The notes beneath the pieces are model-generated. The model was not told the DNA's origin. It saw nothing but the letters and a program-made list of their open reading frames with translations, and ran no database searches. Made by a program: the position numbers and the translations under genes. From NCBI GenBank assembly GCA_963718875.1, contig OY970378.1:324396-388395 (forward strand): a DNA stretch of 64,000 bases. Direction: 5' to 3'. The stretch comes from Candidatus Parcubacteria bacterium (GTDB taxonomy: Bacteria > Patescibacteriota > Saccharimonadia > UBA4664 > JBIOIQ01). Positions 1-8,117 of the stretch are shown here, in pieces (the stretch's first letter is position 1; each line of letters begins with the position of its first letter).

Positions 1-172
1 CTGTCTTAAGTAAACAAACGGGTGGATTTTCAAAACAAGATATGTCTATTCCTCAAGAGAAGCAAGAGTTAGATATAGCAAATGCTAAAAGCAAACAAGT
101 AACGGTACAATATAGTAAACGAAAAGAATGGTTCTATTTAATGCTTATGCTTTCTGCTATTATCACATTATT

Positions 173-601
173 ATGGCTAATTTGGCTACGAAAAATTTGG
201 CTACGAAAAACAGTGAAAAAAGAGTTGTAATACTTCATCTTGCAACAGTGTTTGCTGCCTTAGTATTTTCATATGTTTTTGGATGGATCGCGAACTTTAT
301 CGGTAATAATGATTTGATGTGTGCTGGTATAGGGAGTATAGGCGGCTGCGATCGGAACAACATATTTATATATTTGTTTGGTTTCTATTTTTCGCTCATA
401 TTCTGCTTAACATTTTTGCATTTTTTTTACCTTACAAATAAATTTCGCTTATATTTGTTTCTCGTAATGCCCTTATTGGCATTTGGGTCGTTAGAGTTGG
501 AGGTTCTTAAGATAGCCATCTTTTTTCTGGTGACTGCTATTTTATTAGGGGTTGCTTTTTCAAGGCTGCTTTTCTTATTGAAAAGCAATAGTAGGGCTTA
601 G
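173..601 (+). CDS. hypothetical polytopic membrane protein (start uncertain; ORF opens at 128)
   Basis: ORF 128-601 is hydrophobic throughout. The internal ATG at 173 precedes a short ANLATKN x2 repeat. Confidence 0.4.
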   Translation: MANLATKNLATKNSEKRVVILHLATVFAALVFSYVFGWIANFIGNNDLMCAGIGSIGGCDRNNIFIYLFGFYFSLIFCLTFLHFFYLTNKFRLYLFLVMPLLAFGSLELEVLKIAIFFLVTAILLGVAFSRLLFLLKSNSRA

Positions 602-1794
602 GCAGGTTGGTAAAACATAAGACCTAGCTTAATCTGGAGTGCGTCGTCAAAGTGACGAGGGTCGAGAGAGATGAGCTTTTTGGTTTTATCTAGGCGATAA
701 ATCAGGGTGTTGCGGTGGATATGGAGGTTTTTGGAGGCGTCTGTCAGGTTAAGGCCGCTGTCTAAAAAAACCTTAACTGTCTTATATAGTTGTTGATCTC
801 GCAACAGTGGGTGAAGTATTTGATGGGCAAGCTCGGCTTTACGATCTTGCCCAATGTTAGCCAGCGTCACAAACATTCCCACCTGCTTTACGTGATAAAC
901 GCGGTTGGTCCCCCAAACTTTTTTACCAACCGTGACAGCCAATTTGGCGTCTTGATAGCTCTTACGCAGACCGCCTAGGTTGGGATAATATTGCCCAACT
1001 CCCACCGTAAGATGGAATTTATGTTGTAAATAATTCAACATCTCATATACTTGCTGACCTTTTTCGGTCATAAAACGAATGGTGTTTAAGGTGTTGGCGC
1101 TGCTTCCAGCAATGCCTTTTAGGATTACAAAAGTATCTTCTCCCAGGTATGACACTATGTTTTCTTGGTTTTTATTGAACCCTTCTCTCAGTTTTAAAAT
1201 TATATTATCGATAGCAGTACGTAATGTAACGCGCTGCTCCTCAGATGACAGATGATCGTTTTCGGCCGAAACAATAGCCTCAAAGTCGGTTAATTTTGCC
1301 AATATTACGGCTTGAGTTGCCCGCAAATTGAGCTGTAAAATGTCGGCTTGGTGATAGGCCTCGTCGTAGTCTACGTGTGAGGCAGAAAGGAGATCCTTTA
1401 TAAAGTCGGCCCGCACAATTTCGGGCGACTGCATTTTATCGAGCAACAAGTATTGGTGGATAATAACTTCGGCAAGGCCTTGAAGTAGGCTAACAGTTTC
1501 TGTAGCTATGGTTTCGTCATTACCGGTAACTCCAAATACGCCAATTACTTGTTGCTCGTAAACAAAGGGAATCCATTCTACTTTGTCGCTACCCAAAGTT
1601 CCTGCTATTCGCTTGTCTTCTTGGCAGGCTTGCAGGGCCTCGGCCACAAACTTACCGTTACTGCGAGCGCTTCCTACCAGCAAGGTGCCGGTGGCGTTGG
1701 CAATTACTATTTCGCGGTCCAAAATGCTTTTGGCCTTGTCGCGGATTTGTTTAGCGAGTTCTTTTGTGAGTTCCATAATTTTATTGTTCAACAA
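598..1794 (-). CDS. CdaR/PucR-family transcriptional regulator
   Basis: 398 aa. C-terminal PucR-type HTH (LHIHRNTLIYRLDKTKKLISLDPRHFDDALQIKLGL) and N-terminal GGDEF-like sensory region typical of sugar-diacid regulator CdaR. Confidence 0.75.
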   Translation of the reverse strand: MLNNKIMELTKELAKQIRDKAKSILDREIVIANATGTLLVGSARSNGKFVAEALQACQEDKRIAGTLGSDKVEWIPFVYEQQVIGVFGVTGNDETIATETVSLLQGLAEVIIHQYLLLDKMQSPEIVRADFIKDLLSASHVDYDEAYHQADILQLNLRATQAVILAKLTDFEAIVSAENDHLSSEEQRVTLRTAIDNIILKLREGFNKNQENIVSYLGEDTFVILKGIAGSSANTLNTIRFMTEKGQQVYEMLNYLQHKFHLTVGVGQYYPNLGGLRKSYQDAKLAVTVGKKVWGTNRVYHVKQVGMFVTLANIGQDRKAELAHQILHPLLRDQQLYKTVKVFLDSGLNLTDASKNLHIHRNTLIYRLDKTKKLISLDPRHFDDALQIKLGLMFYQPA

Positions 1795-2929
1795 ACCGGG
1801 TGAATAATATAGCTAGCCGTATCTGTACAGCATCATCAAATCGTCGGGGATCCAGGCCAAGAGTTTCGGAGATACGATCAAGGCGATATACCAATGTATT
1901 GCGGTGAATACTAAGCTCTTCGGCAGTGCGGGTAAGGCTCATATCGTAATTAAAGAAGGCTTCGAGGGTTTGAATGATTTCACTATTTTCCCCTAGGCGG
2001 TCAAGCAGTTCGCGGCTGAAATAAATGTTGGTTTCATCGATACCAGAGAGCAGTGGGGCCACAACGCCAAAGTCGTCAATGCGGTAAATGCGATCGGTGC
2101 CCCACATTTGACCACCTAGTTCGATGGCCGAGATGGCTTCGGTATAGCTTGTACGCAAGCCTCCGAGTCCAGGATGATAGTTGCCGACGCCGACACTAGT
2201 TGGGAGTTTAAGCTCGGATTTAATGATGTCGTAGATGGTGTTGATGGACTTTTTGAAAGAATCGAGGCTTTCTTCTAGTGCGCCGTTACTGGCGAGGGAT
2301 TTGAGGATGCAAAACTTGTTTTGGCCAATGTAGGCTACGATGTTGTCGTAACTTGATGTGTAGAATGATCTTAAGCCGCGATCAATACCAGCTTTGTAGC
2401 GAGCGATGCGAATTTCGCGGTCACTGGAAGGGTCGGAAAATGAAGAGGTAAGGGCGGGATCCTCAACATAAATAACAATGGCGATGCGGGGAGCCGTTAG
2501 GTCGATATCAAAAAGACGAGCCTCGGCAATCAGGAGAGGCTCATCACTTAAAGATCGGTGAAGGATGTCATAAATAAACTTATCTAGGCGCTCTTCTTGG
2601 CGCGGAATTTGGTCGATCAAAATTGATTGGTGCATAACTAGCTCGGCAATGGAACGCACCAACGGAGTTATCTCCTCGTGGTTGGGCATGGCTTGAGCTA
2701 AGACAATGTAGCCCACTACTTGGCCGCCATAATTGAAAGGGATAGCCGTGCTTGTAAGCTCAAGATCAATCATTTCATCGGCCTGGGGATCGTTACTGGC
2801 CATAACCATGCCTCGGGGCTCGACGACGGAAAGCTCACGGTTAACTAAGCCTCCCACTTTTGCTCTAATCTTCTCAGCTATGTGTTGACTCAGCACCCCG
2901 TCACCTTCCGTTAGAATATGAATTAGCAA
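1781..2929 (-). CDS. CdaR/PucR-family transcriptional regulator (tandem paralog)
   Basis: 382 aa with the same architecture (LSIHRNTLVYRLDRISETLGLDPRRFDDAVQIRLAILF). Overlaps the previous gene by 14 nt. Confidence 0.75.
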   Translation of the reverse strand: MLIHILTEGDGVLSQHIAEKIRAKVGGLVNRELSVVEPRGMVMASNDPQADEMIDLELTSTAIPFNYGGQVVGYIVLAQAMPNHEEITPLVRSIAELVMHQSILIDQIPRQEERLDKFIYDILHRSLSDEPLLIAEARLFDIDLTAPRIAIVIYVEDPALTSSFSDPSSDREIRIARYKAGIDRGLRSFYTSSYDNIVAYIGQNKFCILKSLASNGALEESLDSFKKSINTIYDIIKSELKLPTSVGVGNYHPGLGGLRTSYTEAISAIELGGQMWGTDRIYRIDDFGVVAPLLSGIDETNIYFSRELLDRLGENSEIIQTLEAFFNYDMSLTRTAEELSIHRNTLVYRLDRISETLGLDPRRFDDAVQIRLAILFTRFVEQ

Positions 2930-3158
2930 ACTTCGCTATCGATGTCGTCAGCTTATATTTAGTGTATTTTACAAGCCTGCGGCCTAAAACGTGGATGAAT
3001 TAGAACATTTAACATAATAAGCGTACTGGTATAAAAGTAACGCTGCAAGCACAAGCGCTATTTGAGAATAATGAATAATGAATTAAGAATAACGGTTGAA
3101 GCTGTTTCCGGCGAATCCTTCCCAAATTCATAGTACTTTATTCATAATTCGTACGATT

Positions 3159-3689
3159 TTAAAGTGAGGCTTTGAGTTTTTCCAATGCCTGCCTGCGCGC
3201 GCTGATGCGGTTTTTATCGGCAAAAGACATTTGGGCTTGAGTTTGATCAAAGCCATCGGGCATAAAAATAGGATCAAAACCAAAGCCGTTTTGGCCATTG
3301 GGAGGAACAATGGTACCTCCGGTGGAAGCAGAAAAATAGGTAATCTCGGTGCGGTTTTTGGCATAGCCATAGGTTACGCTTGATGTGGCGTCATAGAGCT
3401 CCATTTTGTGGGCTAGCTCGTAAATACCGTGCGGCTCAAGTACGTGGATAAACCACTTTATAAGCGGCCCAGGGAGGCCGCCAAGGCAGGCTAGCTCCAA
3501 AGAGACGTCTTCGACTATGAACGGCCCTTCATGGTGGTCAAAAGCGGCTTGAAGCTTAGCTTCAATGACCTTGCGAGGATCAAGGGACTGGATTTCGCGT
3601 AAGTTAACGTCTAATTGCTTCAAACGGGGCAATATAGCAGAAGCTTCAGCAAATTTTCCAGCGTTGCCTGTAATGAAGTAGATTGTCAT
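3159..3689 (-). CDS. rdgB: non-canonical purine NTP pyrophosphatase (RdgB/HAM1 ITPase family)
   Basis: MTIYFITGNAGKFAEA N-terminus and FGFDPIF motif. Start moved to the internal ATG at 3689. Confidence 0.8.
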   Translation of the reverse strand: MTIYFITGNAGKFAEASAILPRLKQLDVNLREIQSLDPRKVIEAKLQAAFDHHEGPFIVEDVSLELACLGGLPGPLIKWFIHVLEPHGIYELAHKMELYDATSSVTYGYAKNRTEITYFSASTGGTIVPPNGQNGFGFDPIFMPDGFDQTQAQMSFADKNRISARRQALEKLKASL

Positions 3690-3851
3690 AAAGATATTAT
3701 AGCTTGATTTGAAATTCCTTACCCAAGGCTTTATAGTGAGTAGCACGCGTTTTACTTAGGAGTTGTTAGGTATAGCAGTATCTCTCACCCGAAGGTCTTG
3801 CGGGAAACAGTGAAGCTTTGATCAAGGCCACTCTATCAAAGGAGCAGAATC

Positions 3852-4556
3852 GTGGGTCGGGTACTGATGGTGATTGGTGGTTCCGGTACTATTGGTGAGG
3901 CGGTCATCGCACAGGCTTTGGCGGACGGCTTTCGGGTCGCTGCCACTTGGAACAGCACGGTTCCTGCAGATAGCGATGACGTGCTATGGGTCCGCTGCGA
4001 TGTAGCTGATCCCGCGTCGGTTGACTCTGCGTTTACCCGGGTCGAAGCCGACCTGGGAGATGTAGAGATCCTGGTGTTCAATGCCGGCGTCAACGCGGAC
4101 GGCATGGCTCTTCGGATGACGGATGAGCAGTGGAGGAATGTGCTCAGTACAAACCTGGATGGTGCATTCTACGCCTGCCGCCGGGCTATGGCCAAGATGG
4201 TGCGTGCTCGCTGGGGTCGAATGATCGTGGTTGGCTCTGTGGTTGCTTTAACCGGAAGCGCGGGTCAGGCAAACTACGCCGCCGCCAAAGCGGGGCTGAT
4301 CGGGCTCGTTAGGGCGTTGGCGCGCGAGCTTGCCGGCCGAAACATCACCGTCAATGTGGTGGCGCCAGGTCCGATTACATCGCGAATGACCTATGCGCTG
4401 ACGTCCGAAAGGCGTGCTGAAATCGTGGCGAAAGTGCCGTTGCGGCGCCTCGGCGAGGGCCAAGATGTGGCTGAGGCGGTGGCGTTCCTGTGGTGGGCTG
4501 GGTACGTGACCGGGGCGGTCATTCCCGTTGACGGCGGTCTGGGCATGGGCCACTAG
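3852..4556 (+). CDS. SDR-family oxidoreductase (FabG-like), in a high-GC island
   Basis: GGSGTIG Rossmann motif, NAG, and YAAAKAG (YxxxK) catalytic motif. GTG start with AAGGAG Shine-Dalgarno. Local GC about 65% by eye against about 45% flanks. Confidence 0.75.
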   Translation: MGRVLMVIGGSGTIGEAVIAQALADGFRVAATWNSTVPADSDDVLWVRCDVADPASVDSAFTRVEADLGDVEILVFNAGVNADGMALRMTDEQWRNVLSTNLDGAFYACRRAMAKMVRARWGRMIVVGSVVALTGSAGQANYAAAKAGLIGLVRALARELAGRNITVNVVAPGPITSRMTYALTSERRAEIVAKVPLRRLGEGQDVAEAVAFLWWAGYVTGAVIPVDGGLGMGH

Positions 4557-4751
4557 GCGGGTGAGGCTGACTGTGTTGCGGGGCGATGGGATAGTCCCGC
4601 TGCCTCGCAACACCTTTTATTTTAAGTCGGATTTGTTGAATAACCGGCGTCATTCGGCTATACTTTCAGCTTGTACCGAGTACAATTTTCAATTTTCATT
4701 CAAAGTGCGCTTAATGAAACTTGAAACTTTAAGTAAATGAAACTTAGATAT

Positions 4752-4828
4752 GGGCCCTTAGCTCAGTTGGCTAGAGCGCTTCCTTGACGTGGAAGAGGTC
4801 AGAGGTTCGAGTCCTCTAGGGCCCACCA
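4752..4828 (+). tRNA. tRNA-Val (anticodon GAC)
   Basis: Cloverleaf folded by hand: acceptor GGGCCCT/AGGGCCC, anticodon stem CTTCC/GGAAG with loop TTGACGT, T-loop TTCGAGT, encoded CCA. Confidence 0.85.
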
Positions 4829-4866
4829 TTCGACTCACTTCGTTCGCTCATGGTAAACCATTAGCA
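4822..4866 (+). repeat. conserved 3'-flank module shared by tRNA-Val(GAC) and tmRNA (CACCATTCGACTCAC ... GCTCATGGTAAACCATT)
   Basis: Same module at 43715-43775, in both cases starting within the last bases of the RNA gene. Confidence 0.7.
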
Positions 4867-4885
4867 TGAATATGGGTCGAATGAT

Positions 4886-4903
4886 CCTGAGCGTAGTCGA
4901 AGG
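4886..4903. repeat. family C motif CCTGAGC-NN-GTCGAAGG, copy 1
   Basis: Other copies at 11599-11618, 16029-16088 (inverted pair forming a hairpin) and 43805-43822. Confidence 0.6.
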
Positions 4904-4980
4904 ACCAAAGCAATTTTCATTTTTAACAATTATCCAATTTTCAATTAATGAACGTGATTTCCTTGGCTAGGGGCAATTAG

Positions 4981-5002
4981 CTCTCCGTCGGCTGACGGAT
5001 GG
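4981..5002 (+). repeat. family D module core CTCTCCGTCGGCTGACGGATGG (partial copy between the two tRNA-Val genes)
   Basis: Core palindrome CCGTCAGCTGACGG-like. Confidence 0.55.
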
Positions 5003-5044
5003 TTAGAGCGGTCGCCGCGGCGACAGGTCACAGTAGTGACGTTT

Positions 5045-5120
5045 GGATCCGTAGCTCAGCGGTTAGAGTACTCGGTTCACATCCGAGGGGTCGGTGGTTC
5101 GAACCCACCCGGGTCCACCA
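5045..5120 (+). tRNA. tRNA-Val (anticodon CAC)
   Basis: Acceptor GGATCCG/CGGGTCC, anticodon stem CTCGG/CCGAG with loop TTCACAT, T-loop TTCGAAC, encoded CCA. Confidence 0.8.
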
Positions 5121-5170
5121 AAAGCAATTTTCATAATTTTTACTTTTAATTGTTTAAGGCAGGAGCAGTG

Positions 5171-5740
5171 ATGATAACCCAAAAACTTATAAATCGAGCT
5201 CGAGAATTAGCGGGGGTTGGCCCTTCGCAATACCAAACCCCACCCCAAGAATTGGTGTATTTGGCGTCCAGAAAAGCGCTGGAGCTGGCCGAGAAGCTGC
5301 AGGCTGATCGCAATGTAGTTGAAGTGGGTAGTTTGCTGATGGACTGTGAGCTGGGTCTGGCCACGAAGGAAGGTAAGGGTTCTCAGCATATCGAGATGTC
5401 AGTTGTGACTACAAAGAATTTGCTTGATGAATTTCCTGAAGTGTCGGTAGAGGATCGAGACAGTATTCTGGCTTGTGTGACTGAGCATCATGGAGCCAAG
5501 CAGTTCACTAGCTTAGAGTCTGAGATCTGCTGCAACGCCGATTGTTATAAATTTGCCTCGGTTGAAGGTTTTGTTTTAACGCTGCGGTTTATGAGACCAA
5601 TGGCGATTGATGATCAGATTAAAATTTTGCGAGATAAGCTTGAAGAAAAATGGAGCGCTTTGACACTGGAAGACTGCAAAACGGAGCTAAAGCCTCAGTA
5701 TGAAACGATCAAAAGATTGTTGGAACAGCTAAAAATTTAG
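5171..5740 (+). CDS. HD-domain-like phosphohydrolase family protein
   Basis: GGAG Shine-Dalgarno 7 nt before the ATG at 5171. VTEHHGAK and a conserved D/H pattern suggest an HD fold. Assignment is tentative. Confidence 0.45.
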   Translation: MITQKLINRARELAGVGPSQYQTPPQELVYLASRKALELAEKLQADRNVVEVGSLLMDCELGLATKEGKGSQHIEMSVVTTKNLLDEFPEVSVEDRDSILACVTEHHGAKQFTSLESEICCNADCYKFASVEGFVLTLRFMRPMAIDDQIKILRDKLEEKWSALTLEDCKTELKPQYETIKRLLEQLKI

Positions 5741-5761
5741 AGCGCTGATTGCAAGACTCGT

Positions 5762-5832
5762 GGATCCCCGATCCGGAGCGTCCAATTTTACATTTATGGT
5801 TATTGCCTTATGTGCTCCGATCGAGGATGACG
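5762..5832. repeat. family A palindromic element (GGATCCCCGATCCGGAGCG ... GCTCCGATCGAGGATGAC)
   Basis: Inverted arms. Related to 31601-31651. Confidence 0.55.
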
Positions 5833-5948
5833 TGAGGAGGGAAGTCGCTCATGCTTGCTTGATCTGTTGACTAGGCTTAAAATGGTCGATTGTTAGATTA
5901 GGGACTGTTTTGGACGGAGTAGCAACATCGTTTCGGCCATACTTCAGT

Positions 5949-6551
5949 ATGACCGGTTTATATTTGGCCAGAGGATGGGTGCTGTGGTTTTTGCGTTATC
6001 GCCGGCAAAAGGCGGCGATTTGTGCTACTTGGGGTGTGCTTTTTATAATTTTGCTTCAAATGAGTTATCAGATGGGGATGGGTCCAGCTGAATCAAAAGC
6101 TTCTAGACTGGCGTCAAATAAAGGTATCGTTACAACGATATTGGAGGAAGTCTCAACCCCAGCCGAAGCATCGGCTGCGCCCATACCTGCCCCTGCGCCA
6201 GTGGCGCCGCCTGCACCTGTTGTACAAAACTTTATATATGCCCGAAAAGGTGGGAATAGTTACGCCTATGGCAATTGCACTTTTTATGTAGCCAATAGGC
6301 GGACTATACCCGGAAATTGGGGTAATGCCCGTACTTGGTTGCGAAACGCTCAGCGCGCAGGTTATGCGACCGGAAACATCCCTCAAGTGGGGGCAATTGC
6401 TTGGACAGGGGCTGGGTATCTAGGGCATGTGGCCATGGTAGAGGAAGTTTCGGGTAGCCAGGTTAAGATAGCCGAAATGAACGGAATTGCGGGTTTCAAC
6501 CGAGTGGGCTATCGCTGGGTGCCTACAAGTGCCTTTTTGTACATTTACTAA
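5949..6551 (+). CDS. CHAP-domain peptidoglycan hydrolase/amidase, membrane-anchored
   Basis: Catalytic Cys (GNCTFYVANRR) and His (GHVAMVEEV) of the CHAP domain. N-terminal TM segment followed by an Ala/Pro-rich linker. Start ambiguous between 5910 and 5949. Confidence 0.65.
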   Translation: MTGLYLARGWVLWFLRYRRQKAAICATWGVLFIILLQMSYQMGMGPAESKASRLASNKGIVTTILEEVSTPAEASAAPIPAPAPVAPPAPVVQNFIYARKGGNSYAYGNCTFYVANRRTIPGNWGNARTWLRNAQRAGYATGNIPQVGAIAWTGAGYLGHVAMVEEVSGSQVKIAEMNGIAGFNRVGYRWVPTSAFLYIY

Positions 6552-6557
6552 ATTTTA

Positions 6558-6641
6558 GAAGTCTGACTTCAATCTTGAGTATAAAAAAACTGGACTTGAA
6601 GTCGGACTTTAATCTGGAGATAGAAGTCAGACTTCCATTTT
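6558..6641. repeat. family B hairpin element (GAAGTCTGACTTCAATCT ... CTTGAAGTCGGACTTTAATCT ... AGAAGTCAGACTTCC), three-arm copy
   Basis: Repeated AAGTC(A/T/G)GACTT arms. Confidence 0.55.
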
Positions 6642-6686
6642 CGGGTGTTTAAATTTTTAGTTTTGAATTGTGACTTGATCGAGTAG

Positions 6687-6723
6687 ATGATAATTATCAA
6701 TAAAAAGTCTTGATAATTATCAA
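6687..6723. promoter_or_regulatory. two copies of a perfect palindrome TGATAATTATCA (operator-like) upstream of the gene at 6765
   Basis: ATGATAATTATCAAT at 6687-6701 and TTGATAATTATCAA at 6710-6723. Centres are about 22 bp apart, two helical turns. Confidence 0.5.
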
Positions 6724-6764
6724 AGTCTACATTATGCTTATGTTTGTGGTAAGGAACAGCGCTG

Positions 6765-7262
6765 ATGGCAGTCCGTACAACTGGTAAAGCGCTCATCGAT
6801 TTTTGGCAAAGCCCGTTCGTGGAGAGCAGGGTTTCAGTCAGAATGGCCGCCGATATGGCGACCGCCTGCCGGGAAGTACTTAGTGCCAGGTCAGATGGAA
6901 ATACAGTTGACCTGCGTACATGTCCAGTAAGTGAGCTCACCGGCAGTTTTATACAAGCGCATCCTGATCGCCCAAAGGCGACTCTGGCTGCATACAAGAG
7001 CCGCTTTAAAAAAGCGGTTCGTTTGTATTTGAGCTATCTGGAAAATCCTAGTGACTGGCCGGTGGACCAGCTTGAGTCAAAGGTCAAAAGTCAAAAGTCG
7101 AAGGTTGCCATGCAGGATTATCAGTTCCCGCTGAGGAGGGATTTTTTGCTTGCAGTAGGCTTGCCGTTGGACATTACTAAGGAAGAGGCGAGGCGGTTGG
7201 CGGCTTTTATAGAAAGTCTGGCATTTACGGACAATGAGCCCTTCGACAGGCTCAGGGAGTAA
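6765..7262 (+). CDS. hypothetical protein
   Basis: 165-aa ORF with AAGGAA Shine-Dalgarno. No recognisable motif. Confidence 0.5.
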   Translation: MAVRTTGKALIDFWQSPFVESRVSVRMAADMATACREVLSARSDGNTVDLRTCPVSELTGSFIQAHPDRPKATLAAYKSRFKKAVRLYLSYLENPSDWPVDQLESKVKSQKSKVAMQDYQFPLRRDFLLAVGLPLDITKEEARRLAAFIESLAFTDNEPFDRLRE

Positions 7263-7524
7263 CGGCTCATTTGTTAAGAGACCCCCGGCACAAGGCCGGG
7301 GCAGGCCTGAAACGAGTTCAGGTTGACAAAAAATTTGTGTTATAATGAGTTCAAGTTAATAGAGCTCAGGCAAGCCTAACCATCTTGCTAGCTCCGGTCC
7401 GGGTGACGTACATCTGGGAGAAAGTGATCCGCCTGTTGGTGCGATAATCCGAGTGGAACCATCCCGCCAGAGGCGGGGTCTCGGAGCCGGCCTTTGGCGG
7501 TTTTTCGTTTTAAGGAGAGAGTTG

Positions 7525-8106
7525 GTGAAACCAAAGAAAGGCCAGGCTTTAAACCCAAGTGAGCCTAACAAAATATCAAGACCTGGTCTTGGGACGTTCT
7601 GGATAGTTCTTGGTATAGGGCTTTTAATTGCTTGGTTGATGATTCCCGTGGGTGGACTTGTCGTTCAGGCTTGGACTTGTCGTAATGCACCTGGGGTTTT
7701 AGTAGAAGGCGTCGCTTACCCCGACGTTTATAATAACTGTGGCTCGTATAGTGGTGATGTATATAGAGGGTTGTTTTTCTTAAGTTTTATTGCAACTCCG
7801 ATCATACCTGTGGGTTCATTTTTGGTATGGCGTGGGTTGAAGCGACGACAAAAAAATAGTCATGGTGTATCGTTACCAATTAAAGGTTTGTCGATAGTCC
7901 CGATGGTTTACGCAGTTGGATTGATCTTTTTGGCATTAATGTCGGCATTGGCTACCTTGATATATAGTGGTGAGAGGGTTAATGGCGGGCTAAATAGTAG
8001 CTTTTGGTTTTTCTTAATCGTAACGCTCTTTTGGTCTGGAATGGCTTGGATTACCTATAAAAGCGCAAGGAAATCACAGCAACTTGTTAAGGTCAGTAAG
8101 GGGTAA
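7525..8106 (+). CDS. hypothetical integral membrane protein
   Basis: GTG start with TAAGGAGAG Shine-Dalgarno. Four predicted TM helices. The N-terminal 20 aa are near-identical to the thrS N-terminus. Confidence 0.55.
   Translation: MKPKKGQALNPSEPNKISRPGLGTFWIVLGIGLLIAWLMIPVGGLVVQAWTCRNAPGVLVEGVAYPDVYNNCGSYSGDVYRGLFFLSFIATPIIPVGSFLVWRGLKRRQKNSHGVSLPIKGLSIVPMVYAVGLIFLALMSALATLIYSGERVNGGLNSSFWFFLIVTLFWSGMAWITYKSARKSQQLVKVSKG
7543..7594 (+). repeat. 52-nt segment near-identical to the thrS 5' coding end (copy in the upstream membrane-protein gene)
   Basis: CCAGGCTTTAAACCCAAGTGAGCCTAACAAAATATCAAGACCTGGTCTTGGG versus 8147-8198. About 45 of 52 nt identical. Both copies are in frame and encode LNP(S/G)EPNK(I/R)SRPGLG. 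Confidence 0.8.
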
Positions 8107-8117
8107 GGAGGAATGTC

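Noticed and set aside
4248-4613. 121-aa minus-strand ORF overlapping the high-GC SDR gene
   Set aside because: Antisense to a well-supported SDR gene. Arg/Pro-rich and GC-driven.
4963-5044. Possible third tRNA between the two tRNA-Val genes
   Set aside because: The GGGGCAATTAGCTC... stretch could not be folded into a cloverleaf. It contains a family D repeat core instead.
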